Notes under the pieces: model-generated
Told to the model about the DNA's origin: nothing
Database searches by the model: none
What the model saw: only the letters and a program-made list of their open reading frames with translations
In this document: one piece after another, positions 1 to 11,738 of the stretch
Numbering within the stretch: position 1 is the stretch's first letter
How the letters are laid out: the number at the start of each line of letters is the position of its first letter
Translations under genes and position numbers: made by a program
Assembly: GCA_030141605.1 (NCBI GenBank)
Contig: JAQGDQ010000047.1
Coordinates: 1 to 64,000, forward strand
From: Tubiluchus corallicola
Taxonomy: Eukaryota; Animalia; Priapulida
DNA: 64,000 nucleotides
Direction of reading: 5' to 3'

Positions 1-3000
1 AAAATATGGCACAAATGTGAAAATAGGAAAAAATGGTACACTTATAAAATATGAGTTTAGGGTTAGGGTTGCTGTAAGGGGTAGAAAATTAATTATTCTA
101 TTATTCCAAGTAAGTTATAAGCTACTTCAACGCTTTTTGTTTATTAGGCTGTTTTTTCTATTACACACCACTCCAGTAAGCTTATTACGCAAAAAATTAC
201 GCAGAAATTAAAAGGTTTCCACGAATCTGTAGAGAAGGTGGAAAGGGGACAAAAAGGTGTATTTTGATGCACATTCCTGGTTAGGAGGAGGGAGTGAAAA
301 CTGCCAAAATGGGTTTTTTCTTACTTAAAGGCATATTTTATTGCTGACGTGAATACCATCAGCAATTGCAAGTGCATGGCAGTAATCAGCGTGCTTCTTC
401 AGTGATTATATCTAGTTAAGGCCATGCCTTCTCCATTAGCGACACAACGTTAATCACTTGATTTGCTTGTTTACATAAGCATTATAATAGTATGAATCAG
501 TCATTTAATCATTTCATTTGCAAAGTTGGTCAACGATGTGGCCTTGACAATAAACCAACTTTCGAATGACTTAAAAACGCCAAGTAGACAATAGATGAGG
601 CTCAGCAACGAGTCTAAAAGTAGTGTCAAACTGGCGTTATGAAGCTCTCTCTCAAGAACTGCCATATTATTTCTATCTATCTAGATAGTACTTCTCAAAT
701 CGCTGTCTTACACTCATTCAATACATATCCGAGTGGAAAAGTCCAACATTAATTTTAATTTTACTTATTTTTCAGACATAAAAGCGTTATGAGTTAGTTG
801 CAGACACAAAAGACAGAGTTAGTTGCACACCTTAAACAACAAAAATACAGGGTAGAGAGTAATTTCCAGAAATTAAACGTTATTTTCCGTTTGGAGTTTC
901 GGCTTTTCTACACAAAACAGTAAAAATGTAACAGCAAAAACTGTTGAAGAGATACGTTGCGCAACGAAGACGCCAGCAAAAATTAAACACTCGTGTGCGT
1001 CTTAATCTCATATTCAGTGTAACTTCTTCAAAGCAGTTTGCTGGGGCCTATACACCTTGTTTCATTTACCAATTCATATACATTTCATTTACCCTAATAC
1101 ATTACCGACATTTTGCCAATCATGTTAATAGCAAACGCCTTTTTTACTTGGCCTATACCTTTGTACATAGAAATTTTGATCTAGTAGTGAACACTTGTTG
1201 CTTATTTGTATGATATTTTTGCAAATAAAGAATTCATTAATTTTATCGCATTTTTGTGGTCATTATTTTTCAAGTGTTTATAACCTTAGACCTAGAGATA
1301 TAATCCTAAAGAAGTGTCTGCACGTATCGTAACATGTAGCAAGTTAAATTTTGCTATAAATAAATGAAATTCCTACTATGTTCATCCACTTACTGCTTTA
1401 AAAAGGCCTTATAAAGGAATGTGTCTCAAAAATTCTCATATTTCAATTAGCGCAGAGATATATTAAGGAGACCAAAAGATGCCGCAATAGAATTTAGTCA
1501 ATATTCCTAGCAGTTCGTAGCTATATATTCAGAACTTTATAGCAGTTCAAATTAGTTAGAAATTACCTAGCTTATAGAGTATAGTGCATTTTTGCAATGT
1601 AAATTGTCAATTAATGTTTATATAGTTTGTAATTTTCGTTGTACATACAAACCTGGGTTACAAATCAATTTTATTTAGACTATTCACCGTACACTTTATA
1701 ACATAACAAAGAAAAATATATTTATTAAAAAAGAAATGTGTCCGGCATCGGATGACGATAGCAACAATGAAAAGGTAAATGTATGAAAACCTTTACAAAG
1801 AAATAGAATTTATCTAACTAATTTACTAGCAAACCAGCTTTCCTGTAATCAGGAAAACAATTTTCTGGTGTAGAATTTCATAGAAAAGGACCCAGGGAAA
1901 AAACAAGATACATAAAGATTTGTACATCTAAGAACGTCTAAGGTTAAGTACGGAAAGCAGAAGAAAGGCAAGTACAAAGAACAAACTGTCGGCGTTCAAG
2001 AACCAATGAACAGAGCATCTTTCATAGAGTAACGCTGAATAACACTAACGACAATAACTGTGGCAATGAATAAAAAATACTACAATTAAAAAACAATGTG
2101 GGTTAACACGATTTAAGTCATTTATTTAACAAACACGTGACAGTAAAACGGTAGCCCAAAAGGAGAATAACCAAAGAGGTGAACGAAATGTGTTAAATAT
2201 ATTATTATTTAACTACTTTACAAAAGTTATTATAGGACAAAGCATTTGAATTTGTGCAAAATGCCATAAATTTAACCTAGTACACCACAGACAGTTTCCG
2301 CCTCATTCTAAACTATAAGGTGGACGCTCACTGACGTCTTATAACTATCCCGGCACAATACAGGAAATGAAGGTAAGAAGCACCGGGCCGAATGCGGTCG
2401 CTTAACTGATTAGCAACGCCATCAGTCGCAAAATAGCATCACCTTCAATGACTCAGGTAGTGTCTGACGCAGAGCAAAAACAGTCACGCATAATGAGCAG
2501 TAAGAATGTTCGACGGCGTGAAATCTCTGTGTTGGTGACGTGCATACTGTAACTACAGCATTTCCCGGTATTTAGTTACTAACTTATATACATCGGCTGC
2601 CTTGCGGATACAGTATAGTCTCGTAAAATTGGATGTTAATATGCCATTTCGATTGTACATTTGTCATTATTCACAGTATTCGACTTTGTATAGATATCAC
2701 GTAAGTATCATTGTAAGTATACGTGACGATAATGGCAAGTAGGGATGCAGGTAAGATATTTATGATAATGACTGTAGTCTCTAGTAATCCTACTGTATTT
2801 TAAACTTATAATTCTAGCATCTCGGACATTGAAGTGTTAACAACTAGCTAAAAGTGCGTGGGTCGTTTTTTAATCATGAACAATGAAAATATCCATTAAT
2901 AATAGCCTGCTTAATAATAGCCATAATAGTACATGTATACGTAGACACTGCATACTCTGCGGTAACAGATTTAAATCATCTAATGATAATAATGTTAGGC

Positions 3001-4311
3001 CTGCGTGCAACACAGAATATAGAACCGTTAAAATTAATGTGTGTTTCACATTTTTTAACTCGAGTCTATTTGGGACTGACGAGGTTACAGGAACAAACAC
3101 ATGTCTACAGCGCACGCTAAACCTCGTCTACACGGTTCACTGTCACCCAGTATGCTGGCTGACAGCCACTACAATACGACAAAATGACATTTAATCTCTA
3201 GACAAAGCGCTAAAAAACATTAAGAACGGGTGCACGTTGGTAGCAATTTTTCATTTATTCCACAAACTATCATTGTTATATGCTTACCGGCGTACAAGAA
3301 ACTGTCAAGCAACTTGTTGCAAAAAAGGCGCAATTATTTCACTCGAGGATATGTTCATTATAAAATTTACTCATGATTAATCAAAAGGAGTGATGCAAAC
3401 AATATGAGTTCAAACAACATTTAAATAGTTAATTACCTCAGAAAAATTTTGTATAATTATTATAATAAATAAGAAGTCGCCGAATAATGGATGTTAAGCA
3501 TTATTGCTCATTTTTGCTGTAGTATTTTATCAATTTCTTAGTAATTTATCAATATCAGTAACAGTATAAAAACAAATTAAAAAAATACTAAACTGTTTAC
3601 CTTCCGACAGACATTTATTAATTTGAAAGAGTTCAGCTCATGTTGTCTTACAAGTTTGGAGAGATTCGATTCAGTGGCAGATTTGTTTTTTTTTTGGATT
3701 AGGAGAAACATAACTCTGACTCTATCTTTCTGATTTCTGGGTTTCTGTTACCCAAGCACAGTGTTTCCGACTATAATGTCTCTGTTTTACTGCTAAACAA
3801 ATTTTAGTTGGCTAGAAAAAATAAAAATAATGATTATACACACTTGACGTTAACTCTCACAATACGTTTCAATACACTCAGGTTTCTGTTGTGTGTAGCT
3901 TTTTGTAGTTTTTTGGTACTGCATTTACTGCAACAAATCGTTGGCCGATCTGTGATTGTACTACAAAAATACATCTGATCTTGCTGGAGATAATTGTTGA
4001 ACGTAGTGTGAAAGGTTACAAAGTTGCATTAAAATTCGGTATTTGGTAAAGTATAAAGATAAAGTGCCTTCCAAATTTCAATCATTATCTCATTTTGCTT
4101 GTATTTTGTGGGAAAAACCAAAAACTTGATTATTTAAAATTATTGAAGATAAGCAGTAAAATCTTTGTCAGTTAGATGATACGTTTATGTGTAGATGAGT
4201 AAGAGAATTATACACTTACATAAGATTCTGATACACTTACAACTACAACTAAACATAAATAAACTGCATTCTGTACGTTTGCTTATTTTCTAGGTTGCAT
4301 TATAATTTGAA

Positions 4312-5076
4312 ATGGCAACAGCTGCAAGTGAATTCTCTGGGAGTAGAAATGGAAAGACAGCAGCTGTATACAAGACTGATGAAGATGACCAAAGTGACTA
4401 CAATGATGATGATGATGAGCAGCAAAGGCAAGCAAGACAAGCATTAGACTCAAGTATAGGCGAGACCACATTTGATCCTTATGAAGATGATTTTGACAAG
4501 TATACGACAGCCACCACTGCCACAACGAGAGTTGTATATCATCAAAAACCTTTGATAGTATTATCAAAGAAAGCCATATGGGTCCTTACACTGCTGCATT
4601 TTGCCATGGCTGCAGCAACGATCAGTGTTTGGTGTACAATATTTGTCATCAGCAATAATCTTTATTTAGAACACGAGTGGAAAACACTTATCAAAGGAAT
4701 TGTGTGTGCTCTTGTGTTTCTCTTAACAGCTTTGTCTGGATTTTTCTTTTCTAGAAAAATGGACATTACCAGAGCAAAAATCTTCTTGGGTTTCTGTGTA
4801 GCATCTGCTCTTGTTTCAGTAGTGCTATTTGTCCTATCATGTGCTTCTGCTTCTGTAAGTGTAAATTGCCTTGTTCTCTACAGTACACCTCTTGTTGACA
4901 TTTATCGTTGCCAGTGTCGATATTACATTAAAATGATCAATGTTGTTTACATACTTATTTCTCTGGTAGAGTTCTTTTCATCTTTATATCCTTTGGTAGT
5001 AGGGAAGCGGAGAGCTCATAAAAGAGGAACACGCACTATGGTAGCTTATGAAGAGGTAGAAGTGGCCCCTGATTAA
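4312..5076 (+). CDS. 254-aa four-transmembrane protein, CD20/MS4A-like (tentative family); single coding exon
   Basis: Open ATG-TAA frame. Acidic N-terminal tail, four hydrophobic helices (AIWVLTLLHFAMAAATISVW; GIVCALVFLLTALSGFFF; IFLGFCVASALVSVVLFVLS; INVVYILISLVEFFSSLYPLV), Cys-rich loop between TM3 and TM4. A splice acceptor (ttattttctag) just upstream implies a non-coding 5' exon. Family call is by motif resemblance only. Confidence 0.75.
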   Translation: MATAASEFSGSRNGKTAAVYKTDEDDQSDYNDDDDEQQRQARQALDSSIGETTFDPYEDDFDKYTTATTATTRVVYHQKPLIVLSKKAIWVLTLLHFAMAAATISVWCTIFVISNNLYLEHEWKTLIKGIVCALVFLLTALSGFFFSRKMDITRAKIFLGFCVASALVSVVLFVLSCASASVSVNCLVLYSTPLVDIYRCQCRYYIKMINVVYILISLVEFFSSLYPLVVGKRRAHKRGTRTMVAYEEVEVAPD

Positions 5077-5675
5077 ATGGAGTTAATTTAATTTTTTACG
5101 ATACAAAGTGATATGCTTTGATTTCAAAATAGATTATTTCACTAATATTATCTTTATTTGTACATCAACTGAGTATTACAAGAGCAGGGAGCTATATTTA
5201 CTCAGTATTAAATAACCAAAAGAATTTTAGGTAACTTGTTTAGCTGCAGTAGGTACATTGCGAGGTCACCTAGGATAATTTGCTAATGATGATGGCTATG
5301 TCTAGCTACAATTTCTAAAAGTTAAACATAGGTAACAAAATGGCTTTAAAAATATTCTGGTGAAGAATGTTTGTAGATTTACATTGTAGATAAAAATTAT
5401 TGCCTACTGTCATTTTATAATAAAGAATTTTAACCACATAATTAGCTTTAAAATGAAATTGTATTTTTAGCTATTTCTGCACCTATTCTAGTACTTGCTA
5501 TAAATATATATATGTAATTGACTGAATGCAACATCTTGTACAGTTTCATTTTATGTCTGTATTAAGGTTCATTATGTAACAATACACTCATTACGTAACA
5601 ATGCAACAATATGTAACAAACTAGTGCAGTGTCTGCAGAAAGTACTTGTCGCAATCTGGTTTTACTCCAATTATT

Positions 5676-5857
5676 GGACTGAGTCAGTCTCTTTCTGTTC
5701 TAGATGTGGGTTTGTCTGATTTATCAGAGGTCTGGTCTGTGGTTGGCCTGTCTGGTCATCAGAGGACTGAGTCAGTCTCTTTCTGTTCTAGATGTGGGTT
5801 TGTCTGATTTATCAGAGGTCTGGTCTGTGGTTGGCCTGTCTGGTCATCAGAGGACTG
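5676..5857. repeat. Perfect 88-bp tandem duplication
   Basis: ggactgagtcagtctctttc...ggtcatcaga starts at 5676 and again at 5764; degenerate tctggtctg motifs continue to about 5985. Confidence 0.95.
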
Positions 5858-6639
5858 TGGCTGACTTGTTTGTGGTTTGATCTATCTAAGATTTAATCTA
5901 TCAGTGGTCTGGTCTGCAACTGGCATATGCAAAATCTGGTCTGTTGAGATCTGGTCTATCAGTAGTTTGGTCTGTGACTGACCAGAAAATGAATCTATTG
6001 TCAGGTTAAATAAAAAATATGTATTTTCTAATTAGTAAAGCATACAATGTTGGCTGTGTATCTTAAAATGTATCAGTAACAGTGTTGACAATAAACAGAT
6101 ATATTGGTAACAGAGTTGACAATGAACAGATGTTGGTAACACCACTTACAGCACTTACTTCTTGAACTTCTGTTTGTACAGTTTCAGTTAATTTTTAAAA
6201 TCGCAATTATAACAAAGCCTGGTGATTTATTTTTATAGTCAACCCTGTTACCACATAGCAGCAACAGGTTTGACAACAGAGTTGACAATTCAACAAAATT
6301 CGCATATGGCTGACATTCGTTAATTTATTCTTCACTTCTAAAGCCTGCGTAGCTGACCATAAACTAGTGTAGTATCTGATGTTGGGGATAAGTTTTAGGT
6401 CCATTATATAAAATGTTTGCTCTTGTGATAAAACAGAGTTGACAGTTAAATAACGTACTTATCAAAGCTGACACAAATAGTTGGCGAATCTTTTGTGAGC
6501 TCATAAAAAGTTGATGCTCTATAGATAATGCAGTGTATGATTAGTTAATGTCATTGGACACAAATGTGTACCCTACCCGTAGAATGTCCCTTATGTAATA
6601 CCATACTACGGAGTTGTAGAGGTTAATAGAGTAAACTTA

Positions 6640-7133
6640 TTGCACCCCATATTTCATACCTAAATATCTGTCCAGGATGTTCTTAAAATTATTGTTATTA
6701 TTTCTCTGCATACAAACTACCTCTTTGTCATTCCTAATAGTTTGGTTTGCTCTCTTCACCACCTCATCACACTGACTTGCAGATTTCAAGTAATCAGTTG
6801 CTGACACACCCAAATATTTTTCTTGTCTAACAGATGTCAACTGTACTCCATTCATGTTATACACCTTACCGGGGCTGTTGTGTCCAAAGTGCTTGACCTT
6901 GCATTTATTAACATTGAAAAATCGACATCTGCCAATTCGTGTTCCAGCTTACATCTGCATAACTGGTCTAAATCATTTTGCAACTCAACAGCATCATGCT
7001 CAGATGGTACCTGCTTGTAATATTTTTGTGTCATCAGCAAATCAGTTTACTTGATCTGTGCAGATGTCTCAATGTTGTTCTTCAAAATTACAAAGAGTCG
7101 AGGACCGAGAATGGACCCTGTGAGACATCACTC
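6640..7133 (-). mobile_element. Degraded CR1-type LINE reverse-transcriptase 3' fragment
   Basis: Minus-strand frameshifted motifs SQGSILGPRLF, FADDTK, ELQNDLDQL, WQM..FNVNKCK, EKYLGV, CDEVVKRAN and terminal FKNILDRYL. 5'-truncated and internally deleted. Boundaries approximate. Confidence 0.8.
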
Positions 7134-7230
7134 TCAAAGGAGGAATATAAGTGAGTAATGTATCTTATTTGTATCCCTCGGGAAAAGCCATGGAGTGCTC
7201 TTTGCTCCTCTCCCGGGGCAACTGTGAAAT

Positions 7231-7569
7231 TGTTGTGGAGATCTGGAATATTCTATAGGATAGTAGAACAATCTTCTTATCTTGTAGAAGATTCGAGAAC
7301 TTTCTATATGCGATGCGCATAGTAGTTCTAGATTGTTCATTTGCACTGATATATAAGGCGGAGTTCGCCGCTCGAGTTTATTCTCGTATTGTCATATTCT
7401 CAGGTATGCTTTCTCGTTTTCACATTTCCAGATTAACACATTGACTATAAATATTTCGTGTTCCTTCATACTTGTGTGTTGTAGAATTCTCACACAATAA
7501 ACGTGCTTAATTTGACAACGTGTTTTCTGGTTTTCTCTACAAGCCATCCGAGAGAAACAAAACACAACA
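7231..7569 (+). repeat. 5' LTR (339 bp)
   Basis: Direct repeat of 11418-11738; TG...CA ends; TATATAA and AATAAA inside. Confidence 0.97.
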
Positions 7570-7574
7570 AATTT

Positions 7575-7592
7575 TGGCGCAGTCGACAGGAT
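7575..7592 (+). other. Primer-binding site, probably tRNA-Ser
   Basis: TGGCGCAGTCGACAGGAT just after the 5' LTR; close to the reverse complement of the recalled tRNA-Ser 3' end (...ATCCTRCCGACTRCGCCA). Confidence 0.75.
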
Positions 7593-7631
7593 CCTTGGTG
7601 ACTCAGTGGACAGTTGTTTATCTTAGCAAAG

Positions 7632-10600
7632 ATGGCAGAGCAGATGGGCGAACTTATCAAGCTCCTCCGCGAACAGATGGATCGGCAGGTGCAGCAACAC
7701 AAAGAAGACATGGAGGCTGCTTCAGGCTCGAACTCCTGAAGATGATGTCAGTTCAAGCACCTTTGCTGCTTTTGATCCAATTTCTGAACTGTGGCCTGAG
7801 TACTGGTCAAGATTTTGTACCTTTGTGGCTGCCAACGCAGTGCCTGACTAATGCAAGGCTCATGTTTTCCTAACAAATCAGACTGCTGCTATCTACAAAC
7901 AACTGGCGAATCTAGCCCCTCAACAGTCTCCAAGGATATCAACGAACTGTCAATACACGAGATTGTCGACCTTATGAAGGAACAGTTTGACCCGAAACTC
8001 TTCATTGTGCGAGAACGTTTCAAGTTCTGGAGTGACAAGCAACGGAAGCCAGGCGAAACTCTTCAGGAGTTAGCAGCTCGCACACACCAAGACGCTGCTA
8101 CCTGTGACTTTTCTTCAATCCAACACCCACAAGATGAAGCTCTAAGGCAGAGATTCAAATGCTCTGTCAACAACAACACTGTCTTGAAGGCTATTTTCAA
8201 GATCAAGGACGAAGATCTGACTTTCGCCCGTGCTGTCCAAATCGCTATCGAGACTGAAGACACGGCAAACCATCAACAGTCAAATTCCATAGACATGGAT
8301 ACAAAGTGCTACCGTTGTGGAAAGGCCCACAAAGTGACAGACTGTTCCTACAAAGATGCCAAGTGCCATTTCTGTGACAAGAAAGAACATTTGGAGGCTG
8401 TTTGCATGAAGAAGCAATGACAGCAACGAGACCGGAAATCTTGAAAGTCTGTGAGGAGAATCATGAAAGCTGAGTTTGAGAAGGCAATCCTCGGTGAAGT
8501 TCCTGAAGATTCTCCTGGTTTGGATGTCGAAGTCACCATCCGATTTCCTGTGGTTGCAGTGTGAAGTTCCATCTTGAACTGTCGGTCTTGGATGTCGAAG
8601 TCACCATCCAAGACCGACAGTTCAAGATGGTACTTCACACTGCAACCACAGGAAATTTCCTTTCAGTGTCGGTCTGGAAGCAACTAGGAAAGCCGAAGCT
8701 GGATGATGTCAGACATCGCTACGAGTCTGCCAGCAAGCATGACCTGCCAGTGCTGGGAACTTTCATGGGCCAGACCAAGGATCCAAAGACTGGTAAACAA
8801 AGCTCACTTTCCTACATCGTCACCAAGATCCCTGACCTGAACCTGCTTGGACGAAACGCTATCCAGATTCTGGGAATTTCTGTGGACAATGCTCTAGGAC
8901 TGAGCGTAGAGAGTCAAGACAAGAGTGGGGGTGTAAAATGTCACATCCAAAGACATCTGACACGTCTTATGCTTCCCTGTAATGAGGTTGCCACAACCTG
9001 TGTGACGAGTTCCCAGATCTCTTCACAGAAGAATTGGGGTGTCTTAAGGACGTTGAACTGGAAGTGAAGTTCAAGTCTGATGCAAAGCCAGTTTTTCACA
9101 AGGCACGACTGGTTCCATTCGCTCTTTGTGATGACCTGGCCAAAGGTTATGAAGAAGGCATCGTCAAAAGTATCTGGAAGCCAGTCCAGTTCAACGAATA
9201 TGGAACGCCAGTGATTCCGATTCGTAAAGCTGACACTCCAGGCACTCAGAAGCCCAAGCTGCGGATCTGTGGTGACTACTCTGTCGGCATCAATAAACAG
9301 CTAGAGGACTACAGTCATCCGATGCCACTCCCAGAGGAACTGATGCAGGAGCTGGGAGACGGATATGGCTACACAAAGATCGACCTTGCTGATGCCTACA
9401 GCCAGATTAAGCTGGCACCCGAAAGTCAACGTAGGCTAGCTCTCAGCACCCACCGTGGGGTACTGCTGCAGCAACGACTCCCTTTCGGAATCAAGTCAGT
9501 GCCTGGTTACTTTCAGGAGATCATGCAGAACCTGACCAGTGATCTGCCTGGAGTTGCTGTCTTTCAAGACGATATGCTTGTCAGCGGGCAAAACGCCAAT
9601 GACCATCTGAGCAACCTGAGATGCATGCTCACTCGTCTGAATGACAAAGGACTCAGATGTCGTCGAAAAAATGCTTGTTTGCACAACCAAGTGTGGAATA
9701 TCTTGGACACACCCTATCGGCCGAAGGAGTCGCAAAGGGATCCAAGGTCAAGGTAGTCATGAAGATGCCACCTCCTACAGACGTCTCAATCTTGAAGTCT
9801 TTCTTGGGTTCGGTTCAGTTACACGGGAAGTTCATCCCAAGCCTGGTTACTATGGGAGAGCCTCTTTATCACTTGACCAAGAAGACAGTCCCTTGGAAGT
9901 GGAGAGGTGAGGAGCAAACAGCATTTGAACTGTTGAAAAATGTGCTATCCTCAGATAAAGTCCTTGTGAATTTCGACCCAGACAAGCCTCTGGGATAGGC
10001 TTGTGATGCGTCCAACGTTGGAATTGGAGCTGTCTTATTTCATCGCTATCCGTACTGAAGTGAGCACCCAATTGCCAATGTGTCTAAGACTCTTGCGGCT
10101 GCAGAAAGGAACTACAGCCAAATACATAAGGAAACCCTAGCCATCATTTTCGGCTTGCAGAAATTCTACCAATACCTCTACGGGCGTCATTTCATACTGG
10201 TGACTGATCATAAGCCACTGACATCACTCTTCAGACCGAAGAAAGGTGTGCCACTTCTTGCAGCTAATCATCTAGCTCAGTAGCCCTGTGGCTGAACCAG
10301 TTTGACTACACCATCAAGTACCAGAAAACAGCAGATCACGACAATGCAGATGTCCTTAGTCGCTTGCCATCTGGAGACGACAACGACTTTGACAGGGAGG
10401 AAAATGGTGAAGACATGGACATGGTGTGTGCCATCAAAGTTCTCAGTCTTCAAGTCAAGCCTGTGAATGCTAGCATCCTCCGACAAGAGTCAGGGAAAGA
10501 TCCAGTGCTAGCTACAGTCATGCACTACATCCGAGAAGGGTGGCCGCCCAAGTACGTTGAGATCAATAAAGAAGTCGAAAAGTTCAGGAAGTTGTCGGAT

Positions 10601-11400
10601 TCACTCAGTATCTGCCACAGATGCCTCATCCATGGATCAAGAGTTGTGATTCCACAGAGCATGTAGTCCAAGATCCCGGATCTACTGCATATCGGGCACT
10701 TCGGCATGGAATGCATGAAACAGTTGCCAAGAACTGCTGTCTACTGGCCCGGTATCAATGCAGCTATTGAGATGGCAAGCCGACAAAGTGACTCGTGCGG
10801 AGAACATCAAAACAAGCCATCCAAGCCTGCAGTTCTCCCATGGATGCTACCAGAGAAGCCATGGAGCCACTTACATCTGGATCACGCCATTAACTTCATG
10901 GGTACGAACTGGCTGGTGATCACGGATGCTTACTCAAAGTATCCATGCATTCACCCTATGTCTTCCACGTCCACTAGAGCCACTCTAGATCTGCTGGAAG
11001 AGGACTTCGCTCACTTCAGATTACCTCACACGCTGGTCACAGACAATGCATCAACCTTCACGTCTGATGAGTTACAGTCAAGAGTTCCTGATGCAGTACC
11101 GGAGAACACCAACATCCTGTGGATTCTCTCCGAGTGAACTCTTGATGTCTTGGCAGATACAGACAAGGATCAACTCTCTGCTACCCTCACCAGTTCACAC
11201 TCCTCAGGGCAGGCTCCACCTGATCATCCAATGTAGATCCCGGAAGAACTGCCAGAAACTCTGAAGCAGACCGGAGCACCTCTGCTGAAATCCGAGACCA
11301 AGCCGCATGTGCCAGAGTATGGACCGGATGACCCCAGACGATCCAAGAGAACACCCAGGCCAAGAGAGAGACTTTGTTGCTGATGCATTGGAGGTAGCGT
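7632..11400 (+). pseudogene. gag-pol pseudogene of the LTR element
   Basis: gag ATG 7632; zinc knuckles CYRCGKAHKVTDC and CHFCDKKEHLEAVC; protease site LHTA (normally LDTA/G) and LLGRN; RT KLRICGDY, KIDLADAY, RLPFG, FQDD; RNase H CDAS, ERNYSQIHKE; integrase HLDHA, TDNA. Many stops, frameshifts and deletions. Confidence 0.92.
8543..8656. repeat. Inverted duplication: 52-bp arms, 10-bp spacer, one mismatch
   Basis: 8543-8594 is the reverse complement of 8605-8656; ttggatgtcgaagtcaccatcc occurs directly at 8520-8541 and 8588-8609. Confidence 0.95.
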
Positions 11401-11417
11401 CAGTTTCGGTGGGGAGG

Positions 11418-11738
11418 TGTTGTGGAGATCTAGAATATTCTATAGGATAGTAGAACAATCTTCTTACCTTGTAGAAGATTTGAGAACTTTCTATATGCAA
11501 TGCGTGTAGTAGTTACTAGATTGTTCATTTGCACTGATATATAAGGCGGAGCTAGCCACGAGTTTATTCTCGTATTCTCAGATACGCTTTCATGTTTCCA
11601 GATTATACATTAACTGTAAATATTTCGCATTCCTTCATACTTGTGTGTTGTAGAATTCTCACACAATAAACCTGTTTAATTTGACAACGTGTTTTTTGGT
11701 TTTCTCTACGAGCCGTCCGAGAGAAACAAAACACAACA
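11418..11738 (+). repeat. 3' LTR (321 bp)
   Basis: Follows the purine tract ggtggggagg; matches the 5' LTR with substitutions and small indels. Confidence 0.97.

Larger units (their letters stand above)
7231..11738 (+). mobile_element. Ty3/Gypsy (Mag-like) LTR retrotransposon, both LTRs present, coding region decayed
   Basis: LTRs 7231-7569 and 11418-11738, both TGTTGTG...CACAACA. 5-bp TSD GAAAT (7226-7230 and 11739-11743). PBS 7575-7592, PPT 11408-11417. Domain order gag-PR-RT-RH-IN. Confidence 0.97.

Noticed and set aside
57-70. TTAGGG repeats suggesting a telomere
   Set aside because: Only about two units, embedded in a dispersed repeat with ordinary sequence beyond.
1736-1774. ATG...gtaaat mini-exon (MCPASDDDSNNEK)
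   Set aside because: No downstream partner exon or recognisable homology found.
8348-8638. Minus-strand ORF mirroring the protease N-terminus
   Set aside because: By-product of the inverted duplication, not an antisense gene.
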